Of a stretch of DNA of 64,000 bases, positions 38,054-46,983 are shown piece after piece. Within the stretch, counting starts at the first letter, position 1. Every line of letters starts with the position of its first letter. The notes below the pieces were generated by a model that was not told where the DNA came from, made no database searches, and saw only the letters and a list, made by a program, of their open reading frames with translations. This DNA comes from a bacterium (GTDB lineage Bacteria > UBA8248), in assembly GCA_965213685.1 (NCBI GenBank), contig CBDBZY010000013.1, forward strand, positions 61,987 to 125,986, in the 5' to 3' direction. A program made the position numbers and the translations under genes.

Positions 38054-38475
38054 GTCCTCGGGTAGAGCACGTAGAGGAACCAGTAGATCAGCACGCCGGT
38101 GACGGAGACGTAGAGCCAGATGGGATATGTCCAGCGGGCGATGCGGCGATGCCGCGCGAAATCCCCCCGCCATGCCCTGTAGAGGGTGATGAGCGCCAGG
38201 GGCGGCACCAGGGCGGCCAGGATGGAGTGGGTGATGAGGATGAAGAAATATACGGGGCGAATCCATCCCGCGCCGGCGAAGCCGACCGAGCCCGCGTGAA
38301 AGTGATACAGCAGATAAGAGGCGAGGAACAGGGTGGAGACGAGGAACGCGCTCACCATCAGGCGCTTGTGGGCTTCCACGTTTTTGGCGCGAATCCGCCG
38401 CACGCCGAAGATGAGCAAAAACGCGCTCGCGGCGTTCAGCAGGGCGTTCAGCGTGGGCAGCTCCTGAAGCGACAT
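38050..38475 (-). CDS. DUF420 (CtaM/YozB-like) oxidase assembly protein
   Basis: LP.LNA.LN, H...M, FL.SYL.YH, IL.TH, H..IARWT.PIWLYVS.TG. Confidence 0.88.
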   Translation of the reverse strand: MSLQELPTLNALLNAASAFLLIFGVRRIRAKNVEAHKRLMVSAFLVSTLFLASYLLYHFHAGSVGFAGAGWIRPVYFFILITHSILAALVPPLALITLYRAWRGDFARHRRIARWTYPIWLYVSVTGVLIYWFLYVLYPRT

Positions 38476-38503
38476 GAGCGGGATGGCGACGCTCCGGGGC
38501 GGC

Positions 38504-38800
38504 CTAGAAATCCGGCAGCACCATCAACACGACGAACACGCACAGGAGGAGCGGTATCATCGCGATGAAGCCGAGCGCCACTTTCTCGAATCGGAGGTGC
38601 ATGAAATACAGCGCTACCAGCGCCGCCTTGGCCAGCGCCATGAGGACGAGGAGCGCCCCCTTCAGCAACTGGGGATAGGCGGGGCTCGCCTCGGGCATTC
38701 CGGCCAGCACTTCCAGTATCGTGAGCGCCAGCAGCCACCAGAAGATGGCCATGTAGTTCACGTGGTGATCGTCGTGTTTCGCGTGGCTTGCGCTGGCCAT
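38504..38800 (-). CDS. ctaF: Cytochrome c oxidase subunit IV (CtaF family)
   Basis: L..LT..E, KA.LV..YFMHL.FE. Confidence 0.85.
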   Translation of the reverse strand: MASASHAKHDDHHVNYMAIFWWLLALTILEVLAGMPEASPAYPQLLKGALLVLMALAKAALVALYFMHLRFEKVALGFIAMIPLLLCVFVVLMVLPDF

Positions 38801-38849
38801 GATGTGTGTGCTCTCCCCCACTCTCTCCCGGGCGCGGCGCTTCGGGTGG

Positions 38850-39473
38850 TTACAGTAGATAGATGAACGTGAATACGAGAATCCAGACGAGGTCCACGAA
38901 GTGCCAGTAGAGGCCCGCGATTTCCACCTCGTTGCAGTTCTCCGCCGAATACGCCCCCCGCGCGCCTCGGAGCGCTATGACGGCCAGGTAGATGACGCCG
39001 CCGGTGACGTGCATTCCGTGGAAACCCGTGATGATGAAGAAGGTGGTGCCAAAGAGACTGTCGCCCCACTTGTTGGCGGAAAGGCCGAGGCCCTCCTGAA
39101 TCAGGTGGGTCCACTCGTATGCCTGCAGCCCCAGGAAGATGAGGCCGCCGCCGACGGTGAGCCACATGAACTTCACCAGTCCCTCCTGATCGCCCCTCTT
39201 GATGGCGTCCAGGCCCTTCACCATGGTCACGCTGCTGCATATGAGCAAAAACGTCATGAACGCCGTCAGGGAGATGCCCAGCACGTGCACGGGCACCGGC
39301 CAGTTGGCGCTGTTGCCACGTATGATGGCGTAGCCCGCCAACAGCGTGCCGAACGACATGGCGTCGCCCGCCAGGAATACCCACATCCCCAGCTTGCCCC
39401 AGCTCTCCGGGGTAAGGGGGGTTTCTGCCGGCTCTGCTCCGTGGGCGTGATCCACGGCGGCGGCTTCACTCAC
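38850..39473 (-). CDS. ctaE: Heme-copper oxidase subunit III (second copy)
   Basis: KLGMW.FL, Q.YEW, TGFHG.HV, GLYWHFVD.VW. Confidence 0.92.
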   Translation of the reverse strand: MSEAAAVDHAHGAEPAETPLTPESWGKLGMWVFLAGDAMSFGTLLAGYAIIRGNSANWPVPVHVLGISLTAFMTFLLICSSVTMVKGLDAIKRGDQEGLVKFMWLTVGGGLIFLGLQAYEWTHLIQEGLGLSANKWGDSLFGTTFFIITGFHGMHVTGGVIYLAVIALRGARGAYSAENCNEVEIAGLYWHFVDLVWILVFTFIYLL

Positions 39474-39487
39474 TGCGCCCTCTCCTT

Positions 39488-39730
39488 CTATTCCTGTTCA
39501 GAGAAAATGTCCCTGCTCACCGCCGCCCTCCTGCTGCGGCGGAAATGGTATGCGAAATAACTGCCCGCAAGCGCGGCGATCAAAAACGGCATGGCGATCA
39601 GGAAACCCATGCTCCACAGGAAGCCCGGCTCGCCATCCACCCCGCAGACCGCGCAGGCGAGGGCTGCGTCTGGTGCCAGGAATCGGGCCGCCATAGTTGC
39701 GGCGATGCACGTGCGAACAACCGGTTTCAC
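39488..39730 (-). CDS. Small membrane protein with signal peptide and CAVC motif
   Basis: GAGGAG RBS, GTG start, ALA-CAVC, then one TM helix. Confidence 0.65.
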   Translation of the reverse strand: MKPVVRTCIAATMAARFLAPDAALACAVCGVDGEPGFLWSMGFLIAMPFLIAALAGSYFAYHFRRSRRAAVSRDIFSEQE

Positions 39731-39805
39731 TGGAGTCTCCTCACGATGCGGAGTATGCCACCGCCCTTCGGGGAGTGTCAACTTTTCCGGCGGCACCGCA
39801 CCATA

Positions 39806-40498
39806 TCAGAGCAAATAGACCAGATAAAACAGAACAGGCCAAAGCCCCACCACCAGGTGCCAGTACATCGCGCACGCGATGACGCCGGTGGGATTCTCCG
39901 CGGAATACCTGCCCAGACGGGCGCGTATGAGAACGGCCAGAAGCCAGACGACCGCGCTGAGCACGTGAAACCCGTGCGTGCCGATGATGGTGTAGAAGAT
40001 CGAACCGTAGACGTTCGCCGACGCCGTGAGCCCGAAGTTCACCAGCCGAATCCACTCGTAGCCCTGGATGGCCAGAAAAAGGACGCCCAGAACGCCCGTG
40101 GCGGCGAGGAATCGCGGCAGGTCGCTCTCCCCCCCGGCTCTTTTGATCGCCCGTTGGGCGCGCGCCATGAAATAGCTGCTGAGGAGCAGAAACGCCGTGT
40201 TGATGGCGGTGATCTCCACCGGCAGGCGCGGCTGAAAGGGGGGCGGCCAGGGCTTGCCGCTGAAGCGGAAGACCAGGAAGGCCCCCACCAGGCCGGAGAA
40301 AAACATGATCTCGCCCGCGATGAGCACGAGCATGGCGAGCTGGGCGTTGCCGAGCGGCGGCTTCCGGGCGGAGGGGGAATCTTCGCCGGAGTGGTTTCCT
40401 CCCCGGTCATCGGGCGGCTCCGGCGGCGGCGGCGGGGGAGCACTCCCGCCCCATCCCGTCGGAATTTCCTTTGTCGGCGCCTCCAGTACCGGGTTCAA
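39806..40498 (-). CDS. ctaE: Heme-copper oxidase subunit III (first copy)
   Basis: E.MFF.GL, NT..LL.SS, QG.EW, H..HV, YWH.V..LW. Confidence 0.9.
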   Translation of the reverse strand: MNPVLEAPTKEIPTGWGGSAPPPPPPEPPDDRGGNHSGEDSPSARKPPLGNAQLAMLVLIAGEIMFFSGLVGAFLVFRFSGKPWPPPFQPRLPVEITAINTAFLLLSSYFMARAQRAIKRAGGESDLPRFLAATGVLGVLFLAIQGYEWIRLVNFGLTASANVYGSIFYTIIGTHGFHVLSAVVWLLAVLIRARLGRYSAENPTGVIACAMYWHLVVGLWPVLFYLVYLL

Positions 40499-40514
40499 TG
40501 GGTTGCGCTCCCGT

Positions 40515-40625
40515 CTAGTTTCGGATGATGGCCACGGCCCAGGCGAAGCCGGCGAGGCAGGCGATGAACAGAAACAGCAGAAGCCCCGTGCGGCGGTTCC
40601 TGCGTTTGGTGCGTGATTCGTCCAT
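40515..40625 (-). CDS. 36-aa single-TM small protein in the oxidase operon (below ORF-track cutoff)
   Basis: GGAG RBS; reads MDESRTKRRNRRTGLLLFLFIACLAGFAWAVAIIRN; fills the gap between ctaB and ctaE. Confidence 0.7.
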   Translation of the reverse strand: MDESRTKRRNRRTGLLLFLFIACLAGFAWAVAIIRN

Positions 40626-40633
40626 CGGCTCCG

Positions 40634-41530
40634 CTACCCGAAAATCATGGCCAGCAGGAGCGCCGGCAGATACATGAGCGAATAGTAGAACAGGCGCCTC
40701 GCGGATGTGGCGCCTCCCTCTCGGGCCATATGAATCCCGTAGCCCAGGTAGACGGCGCCCAGGATGGCGGAGGCCGCGAAATAGGCGGCGCCCGCCATGC
40801 CCACCACCGCCGGGGCCATGCCCGCGGGGATGAGCGCCATGCAGTAGGAGACGACCTGCCTGCCCGTGCTCGCGCCCTCGGGGTCCTCGATGGGCAACAG
40901 CTTGATGCCTCCCCGGGCGAAATCCTCGCGGTACATCACGGCGATCGCCAGCGCGTGGGGAATTTGCCAGAGAAACAGGATGGAGAACATCACGAACGAT
41001 TCCAGGGAGAGGCCGCCCGTCGCCGCCGCCCAGCCGATGACGGGGGGCATCGCTCCCGGAACCGCGCCCACCACGCTGTTCAGCGAGGTCATGCGCTTCA
41101 GCGGCGTGTACAGGAACAGGTAGAGCGCGCCCGTGGCCGCGATGAGCAGGGCGGTGAGGGGGTTCACGAAAACGCCGAGATAGGCCACTCCCAGGATCAT
41201 GATGGCGGAGCCGAACAGGAGCGCGTCGAATTTCAGGAGGCGTCCGTCGGGCAGCGGGCGCTTTCTCGTGCGCGCCATGCGCGCGTCGACGTCCTCCTCG
41301 GCGGCCTGGTTCAGCGCCAGGGCACCACCCGTGGCCAGTGCGGAGCCGATGAGGGTGTGGACGAGGAGCAGGATTTGCAGGCCGGCCGGCGAGGCGAGGT
41401 AGAAACCGGCGGCGGTGACGACCAGCACCATCGGCAGGATGCGCGGCTTCGTGAGTTCGAGATAATCGGCGGCCCTCCTCTTCGCGTTCGCGCCCTCCAG
41501 TCCCATCGCCTCGGTGCGGAAAGGGGTCAT
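40634..41530 (-). CDS. ctaB: Protoheme IX farnesyltransferase (heme o synthase)
   Basis: LTKPRI, D..M.RT..RPLP.G, YT.LKR, GA.PP..GW, WQ.PH. Confidence 0.95.
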   Translation of the reverse strand: MTPFRTEAMGLEGANAKRRAADYLELTKPRILPMVLVVTAAGFYLASPAGLQILLLVHTLIGSALATGGALALNQAAEEDVDARMARTRKRPLPDGRLLKFDALLFGSAIMILGVAYLGVFVNPLTALLIAATGALYLFLYTPLKRMTSLNSVVGAVPGAMPPVIGWAAATGGLSLESFVMFSILFLWQIPHALAIAVMYREDFARGGIKLLPIEDPEGASTGRQVVSYCMALIPAGMAPAVVGMAGAAYFAASAILGAVYLGYGIHMAREGGATSARRLFYYSLMYLPALLLAMIFG

Positions 41531-42474
41531 CACGCGCGCGCGCCTCCCGCCGCGACGGGCGACTCCTCCGGCCGCAGCGCGGGGAGGACGCCCTTGTGAA
41601 GGCGCAGGGCCACGACGAGCGAGGCGGCGAAGAGGGTCGCCCCCCCCACGACGTGCGCGGAGGTGAGCGCGATGATGAGTTCCGGGGAGAGGGCGTCGCC
41701 CGCGGCGGCGTATTTCCCGAACCAGGAGGCTCCGCCGAGTGCGAGTTGAACGAGCAGCAACATCCACAGCCAGCTGGCTTCTTTCGCGAGCCGCCCCGCT
41801 TCGGGCAGCTTCAGCACCCGCCAGGCGAGGAGAAGGACGTGCGCGCTGCTCAGCGCGGCGAAAAGTAGATGGGCGTCGAGCCTGGTTCCGGTGTGGCGCA
41901 ACAGCGCGCCGAAGATGATTTGAACATAGAGTAGCACCACCGTGATCAGGCTCAGCCTGGCCAGGCCCGCATCCCTCGCCGGAGCGGCCTCCTCCCGCCA
42001 GCCGCGGGAGGTGAAGAGCGTCGCGCTCACCATGAGGCCAAAGAAAATCTGGGCGACGCAGGCGTGGATGATGGCGAGGTTGAGCTTGATGAGGATGACC
42101 CGCATCCCGCCGAGTGCCCCCTGGAGGATCACGAGGCCGACGGCGGCCGCGCCCAGCCAGCGCATCCATCTTCGCTCATCCGCCCTCCAGATGGAGGCGG
42201 CCGTCAGAATGGTGAGCATCCCGACCAGCGAGCCGAGGAGGCGGTGGGAATGCTCGATGAAGACGCCTCCCACCATCTTCGACCACGGGAAGAGGAACAT
42301 GTTGTAGCCGAACGTGGTGGGCCAGTCGGGAACCGCGAGGCCGGAGCCCGTGCTCGTCACCAGGCCGCCGGCGAGGATGAGGAGGACGGTGAAGACGCAG
42401 GTGAGGACGGCGAAGCGGTGCGGCCATCCCCCACCCTTCTCCTCGGGGAGGCTGGTATGGCGGTCAGATGCCAC
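41530..42474 (-). CDS. ctaA: Heme A synthase (COX15/CtaA)
   Basis: GG.VTSTGSGLAVPDWP, EHSHR, Q..LGG and conserved His residues. Confidence 0.92.
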   Translation of the reverse strand: MASDRHTSLPEEKGGGWPHRFAVLTCVFTVLLILAGGLVTSTGSGLAVPDWPTTFGYNMFLFPWSKMVGGVFIEHSHRLLGSLVGMLTILTAASIWRADERRWMRWLGAAAVGLVILQGALGGMRVILIKLNLAIIHACVAQIFFGLMVSATLFTSRGWREEAAPARDAGLARLSLITVVLLYVQIIFGALLRHTGTRLDAHLLFAALSSAHVLLLAWRVLKLPEAGRLAKEASWLWMLLLVQLALGGASWFGKYAAAGDALSPELIIALTSAHVVGGATLFAASLVVALRLHKGVLPALRPEESPVAAGGARA

Positions 42475-42505
42475 GGCGTTCTCCCGCGCCAGGGCGCACC
42501 GGCGG

Positions 42506-44458
42506 TTAGTGGGCGGCTCTGGCGGCTTCGGGGCGCAGGGGTTCCGTCTGCGGTGCCCAGTCCGCGCGCTCGCCGGGCACGCTGTATTCGTAGGGGCCGC
42601 GGCGAACCACGGGCAATGTGGGGCCGAAGTTCCCGTGTGGTGCCGGCGTCGGCGCCACCCACTCGAGCGTGTTGGCGTCCCAGGGATTTTGGGGCGCGTC
42701 GGCGCCCAGCGGGCCCATGTTCTTCTCCAGATGCCGGTAGGCCCAGACCGCCAGGGCGAGGAAGACGATGGTGGCCAGAACCCGCCCGCCGGTGGAGGCC
42801 TCCGGCTCCGTGAAGCCCTCGAACAGCACCGCCGTCCCCCGGTAGCCGACGAAGCCGACCGCGAGGGCGGAGACCGCCTGGGTGAGGACGCGGAACCACC
42901 TGGCGTTCCAGCGAAAGATGGTGGCGAGGAAGTTGAAGACGAAGGGAATCTGGGCGAGGCCCAGCGCCAGTGCCGAGAGGGTGATCATCACGTTGAGCGG
43001 CTGCATGCCCTGGAGGAACTCATACTGCAGGGGGTTGTAGATGCGCCGCATGTGGCCGCCCACGCCCAGGATGTGCATCGGGAAGAACGTCAGGTTGAAG
43101 AAGATGAAGGTGAGCCAGAAGTGCAGCTTGCCGAGCGTCTCGTCCATGGATTTGCCGAACATTTTCGGGAACCAGTAATGCACGCCCCCGAATATGGCGA
43201 AGACGCTGCCCCCGAATATGACGTAGTGGAAGTGCGCCACGATGAAGTAGGTGTCGTGGATGTAGATGTCCACCACGTTCGACGCCATGAAAATGCCGCT
43301 CAGCCCGCCGATGACGAACAGGATGACGAAAGCGAGGGCGTGGAGCATCGGCGTGGTGAAGCGAATCGCCCCGCCCCACAGGGTGCCCAGCCAGTTGAAG
43401 GTCTTGATGGCCGAGGGTATCGCGATGACGAGCGTCGTCATCATGAAGGCGGAGCCCAGGGCGGGGTTCATGCCGGACTGGAACATGTGGTGGCCCCAGA
43501 CGATCCAGGAGAGGAGGGCGATGGAGAGCATGGAGTAGACCATCGCCCGGTAGCCGAAGATCGGCTTTCTGCAGAAGACGCTCAGCAACTCGGAGGCGAT
43601 GCCCATGCCCGGAAGGATGAGGATGTAGACCTCCGGGTGGCCGAAATACCAGAACAGGTGCTGCCACAGAAGGGGTTCTCCCCCCTTCACGGGGTTGAAG
43701 AAATTCGTGTCGAACGCGCGATCGAAAAACATCATGGCGACCGCCGAGCCCAGAACGGGCAGCGCCAGCAGGCCGAGGATGGCGGTGACGAACAGGGACC
43801 AGACGACGAGCGGCACCCGGAACCAGGACATGCCCTCCGTGCGCATGTTGATGAGCGTGGTGATGTAGTTGATCGACCCCATGAGGGAGGAGAAACTGAG
43901 GACGAACAGGCTCAGCGCCCACAGGGTCTGCCCCATGTAGACGCCGGAGTATTCCGCCACGGTGGACAACGGCGCGTAGCCCGTCCAGCCGGCGGCGGCG
44001 TGTCCTCCCTCGACCAGAAATCCCGCCGACATGATGACGGCGCCCAGCACGGCGACCCAGAACGAGAGCATGTTCAGCAGCGGGAACGCCATGTCGCGCG
44101 CGCCGATCATCAGGGGGATGAGGAAGTTTCCGAAGCAGCCCACGAGGATCGGCATCACCACCAGGAAGACCATGATCGTCGCGTGCATGGTGACCGCCAT
44201 GTTGTAGAAGCTCGGCGTGATGATGCCCTCCGGCATTCCGTCGCTCTCGTCCGATATCCAGCCGAAGCCCCAGACGGAGGTTTCCGGCCAGGCGAGCTGC
44301 CAGCGGAACATCAGGGCGAGCATGCCGCCGACGATCATCATGATGAGGCCGAGCCAGAGGAACTGTTTGGCGATCATCTTGTGGTCCAGCGAGAAGACGT
44401 ATGTGCTCCAGAACCCGCCTTCGTGGTGGACGTGCGCATCTGCTGTGGTTTCGCTCAT
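42506..44458 (-). CDS. ctaD: Cytochrome c oxidase subunit I (A1 type)
   Basis: DHK, TMHA, DMAFP, GHPEVY, WGHHMF, HFHY, MRR. Confidence 0.97.
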   Translation of the reverse strand: MSETTADAHVHHEGGFWSTYVFSLDHKMIAKQFLWLGLIMMIVGGMLALMFRWQLAWPETSVWGFGWISDESDGMPEGIITPSFYNMAVTMHATIMVFLVVMPILVGCFGNFLIPLMIGARDMAFPLLNMLSFWVAVLGAVIMSAGFLVEGGHAAAGWTGYAPLSTVAEYSGVYMGQTLWALSLFVLSFSSLMGSINYITTLINMRTEGMSWFRVPLVVWSLFVTAILGLLALPVLGSAVAMMFFDRAFDTNFFNPVKGGEPLLWQHLFWYFGHPEVYILILPGMGIASELLSVFCRKPIFGYRAMVYSMLSIALLSWIVWGHHMFQSGMNPALGSAFMMTTLVIAIPSAIKTFNWLGTLWGGAIRFTTPMLHALAFVILFVIGGLSGIFMASNVVDIYIHDTYFIVAHFHYVIFGGSVFAIFGGVHYWFPKMFGKSMDETLGKLHFWLTFIFFNLTFFPMHILGVGGHMRRIYNPLQYEFLQGMQPLNVMITLSALALGLAQIPFVFNFLATIFRWNARWFRVLTQAVSALAVGFVGYRGTAVLFEGFTEPEASTGGRVLATIVFLALAVWAYRHLEKNMGPLGADAPQNPWDANTLEWVAPTPAPHGNFGPTLPVVRRGPYEYSVPGERADWAPQTEPLRPEAARAAH

Positions 44459-44559
44459 GGTCTCCCGCATCCCTCGTGGTTTCTCGGACGAAAGACGATT
44501 CTTCCGACACGTTGGAAAATAGGAACGAGGACGCGCGCGCCCTCAGAAAAAGCCGCCGC

Positions 44560-45234
44560 CTACCCCTCTTGGTCCTTTTTCGCCCAGGCCTCCTTGCGCC
44601 ACTTCTCGTAGTCCGCCGCCGAGTGAACGATGAGCTCCCCGTTCATGCCGGAGTGCCCGAAGCCGCAGAGCTCGGCGCATGGAATCTCGAATTTGCCCAC
44701 CTTGGTCAGCGTGAACCACAGCGGAATGTCGCGGCCGGGAACCACGTCCTGCTTCATGCGCGCCTGCGGAATGAAGAAGCTGTGGATGACGTCCGCCCCC
44801 TTCAGCGTGATGAACACCTGCTTGTTGACGGGAACGTTCAGCTGGTTGTCCAGCACCAGGTCGTCCTTGGTGCCGAATTTCTCGTCCGGCCCCGGGTAGC
44901 GGACGATCCAGTTGAACTGCTTGCCGGTCACCTCGACGCGCACGGGCGGATTCTGGGGAATCGCCAGCTTGAGCTTCGCCCAGGAGGTCTGCGTCATCAG
45001 GATGAACACGAGCAGGATGAAGGCGGGAATCACCGTCCAGAGGATTTCCAGCGTGTTGTTGCCGTGTGCGTATTTCGCCTTCACGCCCGGCCTGGCGCGG
45101 TATTTGATGAGAAAATAGATCATGGCGGCGGCGACGAGGACGAACGCGACCGCCGTCAGGTAGTAGGAAACGTAAAAGAGAAAGTCGATTTCCCGTCCTT
45201 CGATGGAGATGTTCTCCGGGAGCCAGCTCATCAT
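44560..45234 (-). CDS. ctaC: Cytochrome c oxidase subunit II (CuA, no fused cytochrome c)
   Basis: EILWT.IP, DVIHSF, CAELCG.GH..M. Confidence 0.96.
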   Translation of the reverse strand: MMSWLPENISIEGREIDFLFYVSYYLTAVAFVLVAAAMIYFLIKYRARPGVKAKYAHGNNTLEILWTVIPAFILLVFILMTQTSWAKLKLAIPQNPPVRVEVTGKQFNWIVRYPGPDEKFGTKDDLVLDNQLNVPVNKQVFITLKGADVIHSFFIPQARMKQDVVPGRDIPLWFTLTKVGKFEIPCAELCGFGHSGMNGELIVHSAADYEKWRKEAWAKKDQEG

Positions 45235-45562
45235 GAGAAGCGTATCCTCCGGGGGGCTTGCCGCGTGAAGGGCGGCTCGGGACGCCGCCTCTCCCAAAAC
45301 CGCGAAAATATGTTGTTTTGCAGCAACGGCCGCAAACCGAAGTTTAAGGGAAAAACGGATGGGCTTTCAAGCGTCCGCGCGAAAAAATTCGCAATCGCCG
45401 GCGGGAGGGCGCGCCGCCGCCTCCCCCCGTCCCGCGCGAGATGAAAAAGTCGCTTCCCCCTGCCGCCGCTCCCCCTATCCGGGGCATGGGTCGGGGGCCC
45501 CTGCGTTTTCCGGTTTCCGGTTTGCGTGACGCGCACCCTACGCACTATAAAGGGTATGGACT

Positions 45563-45639
<77 letters not shown>

Positions 45640-45652
45640 CCTGACGCGAGAG

Positions 45653-45681
45653 ACCGGGGCCGCCAAGGCGCCGGGTTTTTG
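45653..45681 (+). terminator. Putative rho-independent terminator after the tRNA
   Basis: Imperfect GC stem ccgg..cgcc-aa-ggcg-ccgg followed by T5. Confidence 0.5.
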
Positions 45682-45698
45682 GGGCCGTCAATCTCCGT

Positions 45699-46145
45699 TC
45701 ATGTATGTTTTTTCTGGGATGGATATACCTGATGCTCAGGGTCCCACCACAACAATTTCAGGGACGCCCCGTCTCGAATGCCGTATATTCGCTCGCGACC
45801 GCCCATTCTCAATGAAACCAGCTCGTCTATGTCCTCCTTTGGAAAGATCTCTCGAAGTCGCTTCCGATTTTCTGTGGAAAGCTTTTCAACGGGGATGGCA
45901 TGAAATTTTTTCTTGTCTTTTACGAGTATTTCATGCCAGGTCATTGTTTCAAGGTGCGCGAGCCTCTGTATGATTTTTTGCAGGTTCTCTTTATCGAGAA
46001 CGTCCCATCCGAAAGTTCCTTTGACTTGAAGGATGTGGAATATTTGCCAAGAGGGGTTCGCTCGCCCGAAGTCTGGAACTTCACCCTTCGGCGTTTTTGA
46101 TGGAGACGGGTTTTCCTGGTGGCGCGCTCGCTTGCGTTTGGCCAT
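45699..46145 (-). CDS. Putative toxin (PanT-type partner of Panacea antitoxin)
   Basis: Directly downstream of the DUF4065 gene; basic 148-aa protein with SLR..G..RI.G and LLWWDPEH.VYPS.KKHT. Confidence 0.65.
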   Translation of the reverse strand: MAKRKRARHQENPSPSKTPKGEVPDFGRANPSWQIFHILQVKGTFGWDVLDKENLQKIIQRLAHLETMTWHEILVKDKKKFHAIPVEKLSTENRKRLREIFPKEDIDELVSLRMGGRERIYGIRDGASLKLLWWDPEHQVYPSQKKHT

Positions 46146-46161
46146 CTGCGGAATGACGACA

Positions 46162-46590
46162 TCAGAGACTGTCGTAATATTCGACCATCGACCCGCGGGA
46201 AATGAGATTTTTGCTGCGCGCACCGGGCCGAACGCCTTTTCTGGCGTCCTTCCATGGCGCCTCGAGGTGCGTCAAATCCTTGAGCCATTGAGATGACTTG
46301 TCGCCGTAGTGAGCGAGAACGGCGTCGATGGTTTCTTTTTCATCCTTGTCGAGATTGCTGATTTCCCCGCGCGGCCACTCGGAAACCTGAAACCGCCCCC
46401 TGTGGTAGCGATACAGCTCGGGGACTACGGGGCCATTCGCCCAGGCTTCGATTCTCGCCCGGAACAACGGAGCTTCATCCCACACCAGTGCCCACGCCTG
46501 GCAATAATAGACCAGTTTCTGCAGCTTCCAGGTGGTCATCGGCCCTTTTTTCTGCAGGATGTATTTGCTTACATCGTGAACGCTGGCCAT
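46162..46590 (-). CDS. Panacea/DUF4065 (SocA/GepA-like) antitoxin
   Basis: MT..KLQKLVYY.Q, EAW.NGPV..ELY, L..LTH.E.PW..AR. Confidence 0.92.
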   Translation of the reverse strand: MASVHDVSKYILQKKGPMTTWKLQKLVYYCQAWALVWDEAPLFRARIEAWANGPVVPELYRYHRGRFQVSEWPRGEISNLDKDEKETIDAVLAHYGDKSSQWLKDLTHLEAPWKDARKGVRPGARSKNLISRGSMVEYYDSL

Positions 46591-46983
46591 CGTCTCTTCT
46601 CTCTCTAGAGCAATGAGAATTCCAAACCTCGCCCAAAGGATAACCCGACGCGCCCGCTTGCGCAACTTAATCTCAATCAAATCATCCGGTGGAGTGCGGC
46701 GGGGTCGCCGACCTGGAGGCGCAGAAAAGTTCCATTATTTTCCTTTTGATTTCTGTTCGAATTCGGGATAGAATACGCGCATATACTTGATTTGAACGGG
46801 TTTTTTCGCGCCCATGGGTATCCTGTCCTGCCCTGATGCCGCCCCTGGCGGATGGCCGGCGTCTCGGCGCATACGGAGGATCGGTGTCGGAGCACGCTCG
46901 GCGTTTGTGGTGCGGGATGCGCAGTCGTTTCTGACGTCTCCCGTTCGGTTCGTGCGGCATTCCAATTCAGAGGAGGCACTTGT

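Noticed and set aside
45699-46590. SocAB-like link between the DUF4065 module and the orphan dnaN
   Set aside because: The genes are 40 kb apart and I see no SocB resemblance or clear clamp-binding motif in the partner
46755-46765. gttcgaat as an attR copy of the tRNA 3' end
   Set aside because: An 8-bp match is too short to distinguish from chance
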